This document shows, one piece after another, positions 37,701 to 50,508 of a DNA stretch of 64,000 nucleotides (position 1 is the first letter of the stretch; each line of letters opens with the position of its first letter). The stretch is taken from contig NC_042998.1 in NCBI RefSeq assembly GCF_006345805.1, positions 125,426,001-125,490,000 on the forward strand. Direction: 5' to 3'. Below the pieces are notes generated by a model that saw nothing but the letters and a program-made list of their open reading frames with translations, was not told where the DNA came from and did not search any database. The DNA comes from Octopus sinensis. Lineage: Eukaryota. The position numbers were made by a program, and so were the translations under genes.

Positions 37701-40184
37701 ACAGACATGCAATAGTTTTGGTAGAGGTATTCTGAAAATGATTGCAATGAAATCATTCTTTTAAACCCAAAGAAACTATACAATTTCTAAAATAAATTTA
37801 TTCACTAAAATAACTGCAGCTTAGGTAGCATCGTTGTCCCCAAGCATTTTATTGGGATGTAGACAATCTGAAACATGCACAGAACAACTATTCATTTCGA
37901 CTAGAACCATCTGACATGTCTCTTCTAAGACCACACAGGGACACTGACATGTAAAAATAAAGTAAGCAGCTAAGAAACAGTAACGGTACCAACACTGCTA
38001 CAGTACTTTCTACCAATAAACCACAGCATGTTGGAGGATGTAGAGTGGCTCTCAAGAAAACGAAGGCATAGAATATATATATATTGTAACATTTGTGGGT
38101 CATACTCAACCAGAGTAGCCATTCATTTTTGAGAAATTTAACAAAAGAAATGCTGAGGAAAACTATTTTCAAATAAAGAATATCACTTCCGGATCATTTT
38201 AAAAATTCTTTTTCAATTACAAAAAACCGTTTCCAGGAAGTTATGTTAAATGCCATAAGGGACGTAACTCTTAAACAAAATTCACCAGGGATCCGATATC
38301 TGAACTTAACAATGTGGGTTATCAAAACATGCACGGGTTATTAAACATGCACAATATTTACTATTTTAAACTAATTTTTTTTCTTCAGTAATGTTTGTAG
38401 CATTGCTACATGGAAACACTGGGAATAACCTTTGAGGAATGACACTGTTTGCTTTAATACAAATTTGTAAAACATATCACTGAGACACCTTCCGTATGAA
38501 AAACATTTGATTTATTGTCAACATTTTCAATCTAATGAACATGAAAAAGCTAATTAGAAATAAGTATGTGGAGAGGAAAGATATTAGCTTAATCACTTGT
38601 ATTATTTTAATAATCTCATGCTAATTTTTGACGTCTGCTCGTGTTAAAAATTGCATATTGACTTAGTGATTCTCATCATTTCGGTGAATACGAATAACTG
38701 AGGAGGTCAAATAAAACCTAAACATGAGCTGTTTCACGTACTTGTCTAATGTCTTTTTTTCATTGCATAATTATTTCCAATTTGCTTTTTGATACATCAA
38801 ATACGAAAACATCAACATAACTATTACAGTTGGATTAAGCTATGTACAATTCATTTGTACGCTAGCTCAGAGGCTCGGGGTATCATTTACGAAACCGAGC
38901 CAAGATTTTTCAAAAGAACTGAACCGAAATCTTCAAAAGACTCCTGTTTATTCTAACCAAAAGTACTGGATTAAAAGTTTCGATTAAGCATGTTCCTGCA
39001 TCAACCGCCTTTTACGGTTTTGATTCAGTGTTCAGAAAAAAAAAAGGTGTTTTGTTTCTAAAACATTAACAAACCACTGACAGGAACTAGAAATTGAAAT
39101 TTGAATTTTCGACTTGAACCGCGAAAAACGATTTCAGTTTTAATTTAAGCTTTAATTCTGTGTATAGATTTTTTTTATTAATTCGATTCTAATTTTTAAT
39201 TTCCAGATCGCCTGTGGTAATGTTGCGTGACGACTTACTCCCGTAGGTTTCGTTGACTCTCGTGATGTGTGACCAATTGAAGTACTTGGTGGTTCATTGG
39301 TATTATTTTCCCCTCTCCATATATATATATATATCGTCTGTAAAAAACATAGATCTGAAAGAAGCACAGTCTAAGATGTAGAGCAGTATTTATTAAAAAT
39401 GAGGAAGACAGGTTTATGGGATTACCTTAGGTTTCCCGTCCATAAAGGGTTTAGCTTTATGGCGTATCGTCAGACCCAAAAAACCCGTTGGTCCAAGACC
39501 TCTTAAAAATATGGAGGAGGAAATGCCTAACAAAAATATATGTATGTATGGAGAGGGTAATTCGATATCGTATTTTCACAGGTGTATGTTTGGAACAATC
39601 ATCTTTTCTCGGTGTGCCTGATAATTCCACCCTCCCTACTTATGACAAATGTTAAGAGGGCGGGCGAAAGTAAAGAATACGCACACCCGGTGTTTAGGGT
39701 TTGGATATTTGTTACGCCGAAAACGGGTGGTGTACGTATTCTTCACCTCCGCCGTTAAGGGTCTAACAAACGAGTAGTTGTTTCAGAAACTACTCTGTAT
39801 AAGTTGAATTAGACCCAGGATAACTGAATAAATATTAGTCATTAAAATTGCTCGTGCATACTGCTCAGTAAAATGAACACGATTCTATGATGAAGATTCA
39901 CAGTTGATTTATGATGAGGGTGCACATGATTGATAGTTAGGGTATGGAACAGCCAAGTGACCATTAACTTTGCACCAGTAAAATTTAAAAGAAAAAAATA
40001 CCTCGTTTCCTCATTGAAAAATATTTTATAAAAAATGAGTGAATCTAGCTTAATTGGCAAAGTAAGTAGGTCTACTTTGAGGATTTGATGCAATTGGCGT
40101 TGAATGAGACTTATGTGGATCGTTCATTCGAGTTTTTCCTATTTAACCACACAAAGACAGTTTACGTGGCTATATTATACAAGT

Positions 40185-41993
40185 TTATATGTTGAAATTA
40201 GAATGAACTATTAAAATGTTCTCAAGGTTTTCATGAATTAAATTGTTTCTCTGGGGACTTAAGATAGTTTCAAAAATAGAAAATAGCCGTTTTACACTGA
40301 CTTGTGTCATTGGAACAGCATGCACAACTATAGCTAATTTGTATAAGTCTTCATACTTTATCTTCATTGTGTTCCACCAAGAAATCAAACAGCTATCTGC
40401 AGGAATTCTTTCAGTATTTGAAAAATCCCTCAGAGAAGATGAGATGGATTTTTTTGTGGCATTTAAATTTTTCTTGCTTTGTGCAGCAAATCTAAGCATG
40501 TTTTCCAACTCATCTTCTGTTGTAGCAGATATCATTTGTTCTGAAATTACCTCAAGTTCTGGTTTGGGGTGCATTGCACTTAAAGCTCCATTAAGTCTGA
40601 TCAAATGACTTATGGCACGTTCTTCTTCCGCTTCAGATAGCATAACACTAAATCTTGGATCTAGATATAATGATGCTAATATTATTTCATTTTTAAGAAG
40701 TTCACTTTCCCTTGCATTCATTGCTTCTATGATGTTGTAAGCCAACATACAATCGATTTTTGAAATTTCACTTTTGCAAACAAACCACACCTTATAGAAA
40801 TCCCCGGGAGTCATGTTTTCTTCTTGCAATCTTACTATAGCTTTCTTAGCCGGTTCTAATACGTGCATAATTTCCTGCAACTCTACCCAATATTGAAGAG
40901 AAAACTTCAAATCGATTCCAATTATTTCAACAAACTCTTCAATAAACGGCCGGAGTTCCATTAAACGGCTGATCATTTTATATGTCGAACACCATCCTGT
41001 CACCACGTCTACAATGGGCATGTGATATTTACGCACCTTTAAAATATTCATTATAACTGGAGTGCAAAGCTTTTTAGAAATATTCCTAGCATGGGCTATC
41101 GTGTTTGCGTACAGTTCTCCATTTAGAGCATCTTTTACTGCAAGTTGTAAAGCGTGAGCAGCACACTTCACAAAAAAACTACTGCCTATTTTTATATCTT
41201 CCACCTTGCTTATATCATTTTCTTCGCTAGCAATTTCAGTACCTTCATCGTTTCTAGCACAATCAATAGACATAGAATATACTTGATTTAAACTTAAATT
41301 GTATTTTGATAACACATTTATAACTATTTCTTTGATATTTTCACCAGTATGAGCTGATGAGAAATCTGTAACTGCTAATGTTCTTATTTGAAGAGAGTCT
41401 TTAATAATAACTTGGGCATTAAGTGCCAGCACAGATCTATCTAGATGAGATGCGATATCAATTTTCAATGAAAACATTCTGTTTTGCAGTTCTCCACTTA
41501 TTTGATTCACAATTTCTGCAGCTTTTTCATCAACTAAATTTGAAATTGTCTTCCGATTCATTACTGTATTGAGTGCTCGTTTAATTGGATCAATTAATTT
41601 ACATAATCCACTATCTTCAACTGCAAAAAAAGGTCTCCCATTCAGGGTCACCAACTCAATCATAGCATTGTTAAACGTTTTTATGTCCATTGGAATGTTT
41701 ATTGTTGAACAATATATGTCATGGATATTTTTTGTGACTTTAGCTTGACTGTGATCAAGAGATTTTTTGTCGTCCAGCTGGAGTAATCTTTTCCCCGTTG
41801 CAGCTTCACGTCTTCTAGCAAGAATTTCGAATTCTGCTTTATGGTGTCTCTCTAGATGTTTCATTAGATTAGTAGCACAAGGATGTCTCAAAACCATCGT
41901 GCAACCAATTACATTACAAGCCGCTTTTGCATTTTCGTGAGAACCAACAATTGTGAAGTAGGAATATACTTCATTAGTTCTGTGACGCCCCAT
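40185..41993 (-). CDS. ZBED-like protein: BED zinc finger plus hAT transposase and C-terminal dimerization domain, 602 aa, probably catalytically inactive
   Basis: Uninterrupted ORF. N-terminal C-x4-C...HLERHH (BED-like), FSLKID, SIDCARN, CAAHALQL, GWCSTY, YLDPRF, WW...LYKLA, PMTQVSVKRLFS. Confidence 0.88.
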   Translation of the reverse strand: MGRHRTNEVYSYFTIVGSHENAKAACNVIGCTMVLRHPCATNLMKHLERHHKAEFEILARRREAATGKRLLQLDDKKSLDHSQAKVTKNIHDIYCSTINIPMDIKTFNNAMIELVTLNGRPFFAVEDSGLCKLIDPIKRALNTVMNRKTISNLVDEKAAEIVNQISGELQNRMFSLKIDIASHLDRSVLALNAQVIIKDSLQIRTLAVTDFSSAHTGENIKEIVINVLSKYNLSLNQVYSMSIDCARNDEGTEIASEENDISKVEDIKIGSSFFVKCAAHALQLAVKDALNGELYANTIAHARNISKKLCTPVIMNILKVRKYHMPIVDVVTGWCSTYKMISRLMELRPFIEEFVEIIGIDLKFSLQYWVELQEIMHVLEPAKKAIVRLQEENMTPGDFYKVWFVCKSEISKIDCMLAYNIIEAMNARESELLKNEIILASLYLDPRFSVMLSEAEEERAISHLIRLNGALSAMHPKPELEVISEQMISATTEDELENMLRFAAQSKKNLNATKKSISSSLRDFSNTERIPADSCLISWWNTMKIKYEDLYKLAIVVHAVPMTQVSVKRLFSIFETILSPQRNNLIHENLENILIVHSNFNI

Positions 41994-44639
41994 ATTCGAA
42001 AATATCGGAGGAATTCAGTAAAATGGCTAACAAACAAATATATGTGATAAACAGTTCAACTCCGTTATGGATTAAGCAAGCTAGAGGAGAGGCAAATGAA
42101 AGAACAGATAAGAAATCCAAGTAAACAGATTGGAAATAATATTACTTACAGGCTTCTGTCAATTAAAGAATATAATTTATGTATATATCTAGCGACGGAC
42201 CTCTTTAATAGAGTCAGGAGGAAGGGAGAGTGAGAGAGAGAGCCTGCATTCTTCATTCCATGTTTTTAAAGCAGCTTAGTTAATTTGAAAATTTAAAAAG
42301 GTATTTAAAAACATTTTCACAATTAAAAGTATGTGAAAAAAATAAAGCTAATTTTAGATTTAAATTTAAACTGGAATTGAAATTAATTAAAAACTGGAAT
42401 TTATCGATTCAAATTCAAATTTCAATACATTCAAGTTCGATTCGATTTGGATTTTCAATTTCAGTTTTTAAAAAATTTTTAGAATTGTTTTTTTTTGTTG
42501 TTGTTATTTTTCCTCCTCCTTGTTATGGTTTATGACGATTTCTAAAGTTTTACTGGTCTAAATTTTGGAACTGGAAAAGAAAATCCGAAAAAATATTAAA
42601 AACAAAAAAAGGAATCGAAATTTCCATCCATAATATAGAGAGAAATGCTGCCGGGCATTCACATCGTCGTCTGTCAATTGAGAAATAAACATTTTCGGTG
42701 TTTAACACATCGTGTTACAAAGCAGCACTCGTGTTATTAGTGAATATAAAATACTTACGGATTTTAACAATAATTATGTTTCATGTCATTTTTTTCTGCA
42801 AACAAACCAAAATATAACGTAAATATTTTGTTGAAGAGGAACCCCCACTTTCACTGCTATTCTACTTTTATTTTTGTTTCATTCATTTTAGAGTTGCAGC
42901 TCTTCGATTTGCCTATCTTGCGGTATCAGGTTTAATGGCTTTCTTTTCCTCGTTAGCTGATTTCTTCTATCTGTCTTTCTTTCTATCTCACAGTTAACGT
43001 TTGTCTTTCTGTTTACAATCTGTTTTATTTTGACAGGAATAACGTTTACGAGCGAAAACGGTGTTTACAGCGTAGTGTCTCTAGAGTTGAATATAATAAA
43101 GATTAAAGTTCGTTTTGGTTACAAAAATTTTGCACTTAAAGTGGAGGTTATGGAATGGAACATTTTGGTATTTCCAAAAACATATTTAAAAAAATGATTA
43201 TTGTTTCTAATTTAGGAACAATAACAGTTTTGAGGTTGAGGGCTTAGTCGATGACGGACTTCTGTACATTGGTACCCACTTCGACACGTCAAACAGAACA
43301 CATTTCCCAAAGGATGACCCCTCATTTTTTTTACCGATCCCAGACGGATAAAAAGCGAAGCTGGTGTCGGCGGGATTTGAACCTCAACCGTCACAAATAC
43401 TGCAAGGCATTTTCCTCACGGCGCTTTAATACAGTCATGCTGGGACACAAATCTTTAAATGTCTTAATTGAGCATATCAATCTTGTTATGCTAAGCACCT
43501 GTATTATGGCCGTGAACTCAAAAGAAAATGCAAACAGAAGTCAGAATATATCACAAATACGAGTCAACGAAGAAACCTCTGAATGGTCATTCAGTTTGCT
43601 GGAAAGAGCAGCTAAGTTTCCATATTATCTTATATCAGGAAAGGACTCGTTGAATAATGTAATTTTAGTTATAACTTTAAAAATATAGGATGCTCGTAGC
43701 TGGAATGCTTTTAATCAAAGCTCTGCTCTATCGAGTTGACCTTGGCTAAACAATAGTGAAAAGTCAACTGAACTGAATTTGCCTGTTCGTTGAAATAGCA
43801 TTTTAAGTTGCTGAACATTACACACACATGTACACTTCAATTTTTTAAGATAGGACAATGCGATAACGATTAATGCGTAATGAAAAATTATTTCAATATT
43901 TTCGTTTTCATTAGTTTGATTAACTTTTAACTAGTACTGGAACAACTGCAGGGATAGAAAATTGGAGATATGTAGTGGCCTTAACGTTTCCAGAATCAAA
44001 TTTTGATTGTATTCCTCAACAAATATTCGAGAGCATTTTTATATATATATATTTTAAAACTCTTTTACCGATTTCTGTAATTGAACTGTGGCCATGCTGG
44101 GGCACATCCTAAAAGGCTTTAGTTCAGAGGTTGTCACCCATTTTTTTTTAACCTATGGACTCCTTTGATTCCTGTTTTACTCGAGTAGTCCTTCGTAGTC
44201 ATTCGATGTTTAAAAATTCTTATTATAGTTTTGTAATTAAATATTACTAGGAATTGTATAAAAAGATTTGTTAAAATATTTTGAGCATAACCAATTTATT
44301 GCTCATAAGTTCTAACAAAATCTTACATGGACTCCAGAACTTATTTTAATTTTGGTGGTTTTATTGTCAGTTCCTTTCGGCTGAACTGCTAAGTTGATGT
44401 TAACAAATCAATACTGATTGTCAGGCAGTGTGAGACAGAGATGTGCAAATGCGCTCACACATACGAAGGGCTTCTGGATCATTTTGATCTCCCAAATTTA
44501 CTTACGAGGGGTTAAAACAATTGGAGTTGATGTACAACACTCTAGTGCCTTGGATCCCGATGTTATTTTATTGTGGAACCCTTATGTAACATACATCTTA
44601 ATTTTAATAACAACAAACTTTGGCAATATGCAGAAGTAA

Positions 44640-44875
44640 GAAGACTTGTCAAGCCAAGTGAAATCGTAGTTATGGTCGATGCTAGTGTCACATAACTGGC
44701 GCATAAGAAGCACCTATTACACTCTTGGAGTGGTTGGCGTTAGGAAGGGCATCCAGTCGTAGAAACCATACCAAATCAGATTGGAACATGGTGCAGCTCT
44801 CTAGCTTACCAGTTTCAGTCAAACCATTTAACCTATGTTAGCATGGTAAACAGATGCTAAATGATGATGATGAAC
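44640..44875 (+). mobile_element. SINE of the (GAT)n-tailed family
   Basis: ggagtggttggcgttaggaagggcatccag...aaatgatgatgatg. Confidence 0.8.
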
Positions 44876-45614
44876 ACATTCATATAAAATACATTGTTTT
44901 GAAATGGTATATACCTTTAAAAGAAATTATAAATCACATCTTATCGGACAGAACCCCAGAATTTTCTCAACCCGTTTTGGGAATATTGACCTAGTAGGAT
45001 GAGGGTGAATCAAATTAAAAAGTGCTAACTCATGTGAGGTAGTATTTAAGATGGATTTTATGAAAGTAGAGATTAAAGAGAATAACTGATTGACAAGATA
45101 TTCATTGAAGACCTCTCAAGAAGTCATTCAGCCGAGAGGCTTGATTGTATATAGAAAGCCTGGCTTAATGAATGATATCCAGTTATTCAACCATTGTTTT
45201 GTTGATGTTCAACATAGATGTGTTGAGCGAGTGAAAATAAAAATAAAAAAGGTCTGAAACTTTTATGATTTATGGTGAAGGCAGTGTAAGAAAAGAAAAT
45301 CAAACTAATTTTTTTCATTATTTTCATACCTTTTACATAATATTTAAGTGAAATAAGGTACTAAAACATGGTGTTCAAATCCTGTCAGGATTTAATAAAA
45401 TATGCAATTCAATCAACTGCCTACAAAGCATGAAACTGATAATATCGGTTGTTTTTATCATACTTTAGTCAGCTAAAGTTTATCCTATAGCACAAAAGTG
45501 CCATCATTAATGCAATTTCTTGATATATTCAACAGTTTAGGATATGTCAAAGACAGTATGCATTTACTCATTATGCACAGCAGAATCAGTGATCTGTCCT
45601 TTCAATATGTAACT

Positions 45615-45650
<36 letters not shown>

Positions 45651-45673
45651 CATATATAATATATTATATATAA

Positions 45674-45887
45674 TCAAAATAAGCAACAAGGATATCCAGA
45701 GGTAATGCAGTACGATCGTTTCACGCAACTCCATTTAATTGAACAATGCAACCATTACATCAATTTAAATGCAGAGCAATTAAAACAGATGGACACATTA
45801 TACTAATGGTTGCATTGTTCAATTAAATGGAGTTGTGTGAAACGATCATACTGCATTACCTCTGGATATCCTTGTTGCTTATTTTGA
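45674..45887. repeat. Inverted repeat, 81-bp arms with 2 mismatches and a 52-nt spacer (MITE-like)
   Basis: Arms 45674-45754 and 45807-45887, aligned by hand. Confidence 0.9.
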
Positions 45888-46043
45888 AATTGTATGGATA
45901 ATACCATACTAAATTCTGGTGCCTCAACTGAAGTACCATATTAATTCTGAATCTAAATTTTTGCTGAACTCATATATATATATATTAGTCAATTTATCAT
46001 ATATCTGAATAAGAAGCACACTCTAAAGAATAGAGCAGTAAAG

Positions 46044-46255
46044 TATTAAAACACTAAAGTTAAAGTCTGGTCATAGAGTGACCAATGGTTTCGCGTCCAT
46101 GAAAACCACAGCCTTGTGGACAGCTCATGAGACTCTATACAAAGACAAATTTGTCTTTGTATAAAGTCTGATGAGTTGTCCACAAAGCTGTGGCTTTCGT
46201 GGATGCAAAGCCATTGATCACTCTATGACCAGACTTTAACTTTAGCGTTTTAATA
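46044..46255. repeat. 212-bp spacerless palindrome (TA-ended MITE-like)
   Basis: Centre gacaaa|tttgtc at 46149/46150; 11 arm mismatches; a diverged half copy lies at about 33185-33272. Confidence 0.9.
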
Positions 46256-49200
46256 TATATATATATATATATATACATACACATGTATGTTCTATACCTC
46301 TTATATAGTTATGTTTCACTGTAATGCATGTTTTACATCAACAAGTGTAAAACATTTCATTTTAGCTGGTTGAAAGAACAGCAAAAAAAAAAAAAAAAAT
46401 CACCAAGTTTAGGTGTAGAGAGAAAATTGTTTTCATAAATATTTTAATGTTTTGTGTTTATCTGGATTAGTTAGGCAAGTCAGTGAATTCAAAATGTTGT
46501 AATAGGGGTTTTGTTAATGTATTTTGATAGGTGAATGGTATGGATTAGGCAAAACTGCTGCCATAAATTGCAAGCACTGTTCACATGCATTGGATGTCTT
46601 TGAATTTCAGTATTGTAATTTTGATTATGATATCAGTATGAATGCATCTTACGATGCAAAGAACAAGCAGTATTTTGGGTTATTTGTACTTCATGTAAAG
46701 AAGTTTGGAACTTAAGCTGGACTGTAAATTAGTGCAATGTTCATCGTCATTTTAATGTCTACTTTTCCATGTTTACATGGGTCAGATAAGTGTACCTTGC
46801 GACAGAGTTTTCTACAACCAGCAACTCTTCCTAATGCCAAGCCCCAGCTGTTTCCAAGTAAAGTAATAATCCCCCATTCTACTGAACAGCCAAGACATTA
46901 CTTTTGTGGTGGACTGCAAGTAAATGGGACTGTCAACATTAACGGTGAGGCTATTGTTTACAACCAGGAAAAGCACATGAAGACAATTGAAAATACTAAC
47001 TCATACAAGCACACATACATATACACACAGCAGGCTTTTTTCAGTTTCTTCCACCAAATCCACTCACAAAATCTTTGGTCAGCCGGTGGCAACCATAGAA
47101 AACATTTGCCCCAAGCAACCTTCTTAACCACAAAACCATGTTTGTGCATATGATGAATTTTCAAATTTGTCTGTCTAAAACTAAATTATTACAGCTCATG
47201 AGAAGATAGTGGAATTACAGAATACAGCATTAACCTAAATGCCTTTTTTCGGCCTCTTTATTTTCTGAGCTCAAATACTATGAGGGCTAACATTTTCTAT
47301 CATCCACTCAAATTAATAAAATAGTAATTTCATTGAATTAGTTAAATCATCTGTACATTTCTATAAACTTGTGCTAATATCAAATGTTGCCATCTTTGTT
47401 TTTATAGTTCCTGATAAAAATGTTAGGGTCCCTCTTTCTCTCTCTCTGTGAGAATAAATGTTTATATTATTGAATATTATGAAGCAGTATTCTTTAGTGT
47501 TGTTTGGATAGTCTAGTGCTGAATTCTTTTCACACCAATTTTGATATACTCTCCTGGAATTAATATTTACCCTTGTTTTTATTAGAATTTGTTGAGAAGA
47601 ATTTAGCTTTGAGGTGACTATAGTAACAGCAATTTTGATATTGCTAGTGGTGCTTCTTGCCTGATGCTTTTAGGTGTCCATGTAGTCATGAGCAGATATA
47701 GACATTCCTTCAATCCTCATGTAACATTAAACATTCAGAGGTGATAGATAAATGGTAATAATATCAGTCTTGAGTAGCTAGAAGCTGCTGGTTGGAAATC
47801 TGCACACTGGCAGTGTGAGTGTGACGGCTGTGGGTAGTTGAAAGTGTGGTAGCTGCTCAAAATCCTGCTCAAATAACCAGGCAGTTCCAGTTCAGTAAGC
47901 TCCAAAATTAGTTGTGGAAGCAACAAGGCATAAAACAGGCAATAAAGTACAAAGTATATTGAGCAGTAGAACTAGCCTGCCTTGTATGCTGCTGAGACCT
48001 GCAACTGCTTCCTACACCAGCATACAAATAAGCTTCCTACACCAGTATACAAATAAGTTGGTTTATCCTGCAGGAATTGCAGATGCACTGGGAAGGTCAT
48101 AGAGAGGACACTGATTCCCAAGGCTGTACTTTACAATAAGGTGAAATGTGGAAGCTGTAGAAAAGAACACCTGAAACTTTATGAAAAGGATGTCATCTTA
48201 TGATGTGTCAATGAAGCAGGTGGCCAATTATGGCAGAAGGTTATAACAGAGTAAAAATTGCAATCAAATTGGATGAAATGGCAAGAAGGGGAAAGCTGGA
48301 ACAAGATCCAGTACACCAGGGCTGCCAACAATATTTTGCAATAGCTGTGGTCATGGTTGTGTTGGCACTTCAGCTTGCAACCAAGTAAAACAGCAAAACA
48401 TAATTGAAGTTTCTTCATTGGAGTTCAAGAAAAATTCTTTTTCAGCAACCAAGTTATACTTGATTATGTGTGATAAATAAGATGAAAGTTACTACGTGGA
48501 CTCTATATGGTAACACAGTGATTCTGATATTTGATAGTGGTGTCTCCTTCCTGCTTGAAGTAATCAGAATATAGTTAAAAAGATAAGGAAGAGGAAATCA
48601 ATCCATAATTTGTGAAACATTATACTGAACTGGAGAGAATAACAGCAACACATTAATGATGTCTTTCACAGGCATTCTGAGATATGACACAACATAGTTT
48701 ATTTATTTGCGTTATGTATGGAATGGGCTGCAACTCATAACCAAAATCATAATCTCAGCTACTGAAAATTCTGGTACTGAAAATTCTCTCAAAGATAATA
48801 TGCAATAAGATGTCCTGAAACAATGAAATACAAGCAAAGGATTTGAACTCATGACTACTCAGCTATCTTGCCTCTACAGTAAACTGTATATCATGCAGCA
48901 ATACAGGTTCATTTGAAAACCCTCTCAACAATAGTAAATGTCATGGTTTATTTTATTCAGTGTACAAGAAACAATCTTTATGAAGCTCATGCTCAGTTTT
49001 ATATCAGTTTGTATAGAAAAGAGCAATCAAGACACAACCGTTTGATGAAATATGCCCAGCTTCTGTTATTTATAATATTACAAAAATAACAGAATGAAAA
49101 CTCCATTTTGGTCTAAGGTTTACAATTATTTAACTACTGGAAGTTAAATAAATATTAGTTACAAACTAAAAAAATTACATCTCATGTTGGTATACATATT

Positions 49201-50508
49201 TCAATAGTTGTAGAAAATTAAAATTAAATACAAGTGGGCCTTTAAAAAAATAGAAAAAGTTGCAAAAAAGTTGTGTATCTATATTTAAAAGAATTTTTGA
49301 TTAGGTTGAGGGAGAGAAAATTCATGATGCAGGCTGAAAATTAATGATGATAAACAGATGAAAAGAAACATAGGTCAAAGCAGAAGCTGGCTGTTAACAA
49401 GGCAATTTAAAAAGAGGCTCTAGATGTAAAGACTACATCTATAATGATCCGAATCTGGCTGATGCATAGCTAAGTGCTAAAACATTTTTTTCAGTATTTT
49501 ATAGGCACAGGGAAATTCACAACCAAAATATATTACAAGTGTGGGATATAGGTTACAAGAGATATATCTACATTTTAGATATATCTCACAAAGTAGATTT
49601 ATATTTTTAAAAAAATTCAATAACAGAAGATACACACTTGACATATAACATTAATACAATACAGGAAGATGATAAAACACTTCTATATTAATAGTTATTG
49701 CTAATGTTTTTAAGATATACCAACCTAAAATGGTTTTCTGTACTGTACATACTGGACAGGATTGGACTAAATATGAACACACACATACAGCCATACACGC
49801 ACAACACAAAAACTAGAAAATTTGTGACAAAATCTACTATCAAGTTGTACATTTTTCCACAACTATATCTTTATTATTTTATGAAGCTTCATGCATGTTT
49901 GATGTATAAAGAGAGACAGATAGATAGACAGACAGACACAGAAAAACACAACAAAGCTCAAGTTTGTGAACTTGTTTACAGATGTAGATATGCATACAAA
50001 CAATAACTATTGGATAAATTTCAATAGCAAACACATTAGACAGGAGTTACAGATATGTGCACATGAACTTAGAGGAAATAGTACAAAGAGAAAACTGCAC
50101 AAAAATGTACATACTAGAGGTGTAAGAAGAATGGAAGACCTTTAAAATTCTGACAAATTTGTACACAAATTTAACATATACATCAGGTTGGTTTTATTAC
50201 TTTGTGGTCAATTGGAATGCCATTGTGTTTGCATGTGTGTGTAGAATATATTAGCTTTGACATTGTTTATATAATTAGCCATGGTACCGAATAGTTTACT
50301 CAATACATGTAATGTAGAGCAGTTACAGGCAAACTGCAGCCCACCCTACTTTCTGAATGGCATGCCTAACGAAAAATGACCAAGAATTTTTTTAATAGTG
50401 TGGCCCACCTAGTGGTGAGCTATGTCTCATGTCGTCTACTTCTTGGAAAAAGTTGTCTATACCTGTTGTACAACATTCAATGTGTGTGGACGCATATATA
50501 TATATATA

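Noticed and set aside
43225-43440. tRNA gene (also the tRNA-like heads near 50.9 kb and 12.9 kb)
   Set aside because: These are SINE heads attached to repeat bodies, with no complete cloverleaf.
46531-46560. GLGKT as a Walker A or SNF2 motif I
   Set aside because: Spacing does not fit GxxxxGK[ST], and no other helicase motifs are present.
47800-48420. Possible decayed retroelement coding remnant
   Set aside because: GC-richer and coding-like, but no motif could be assigned with confidence.
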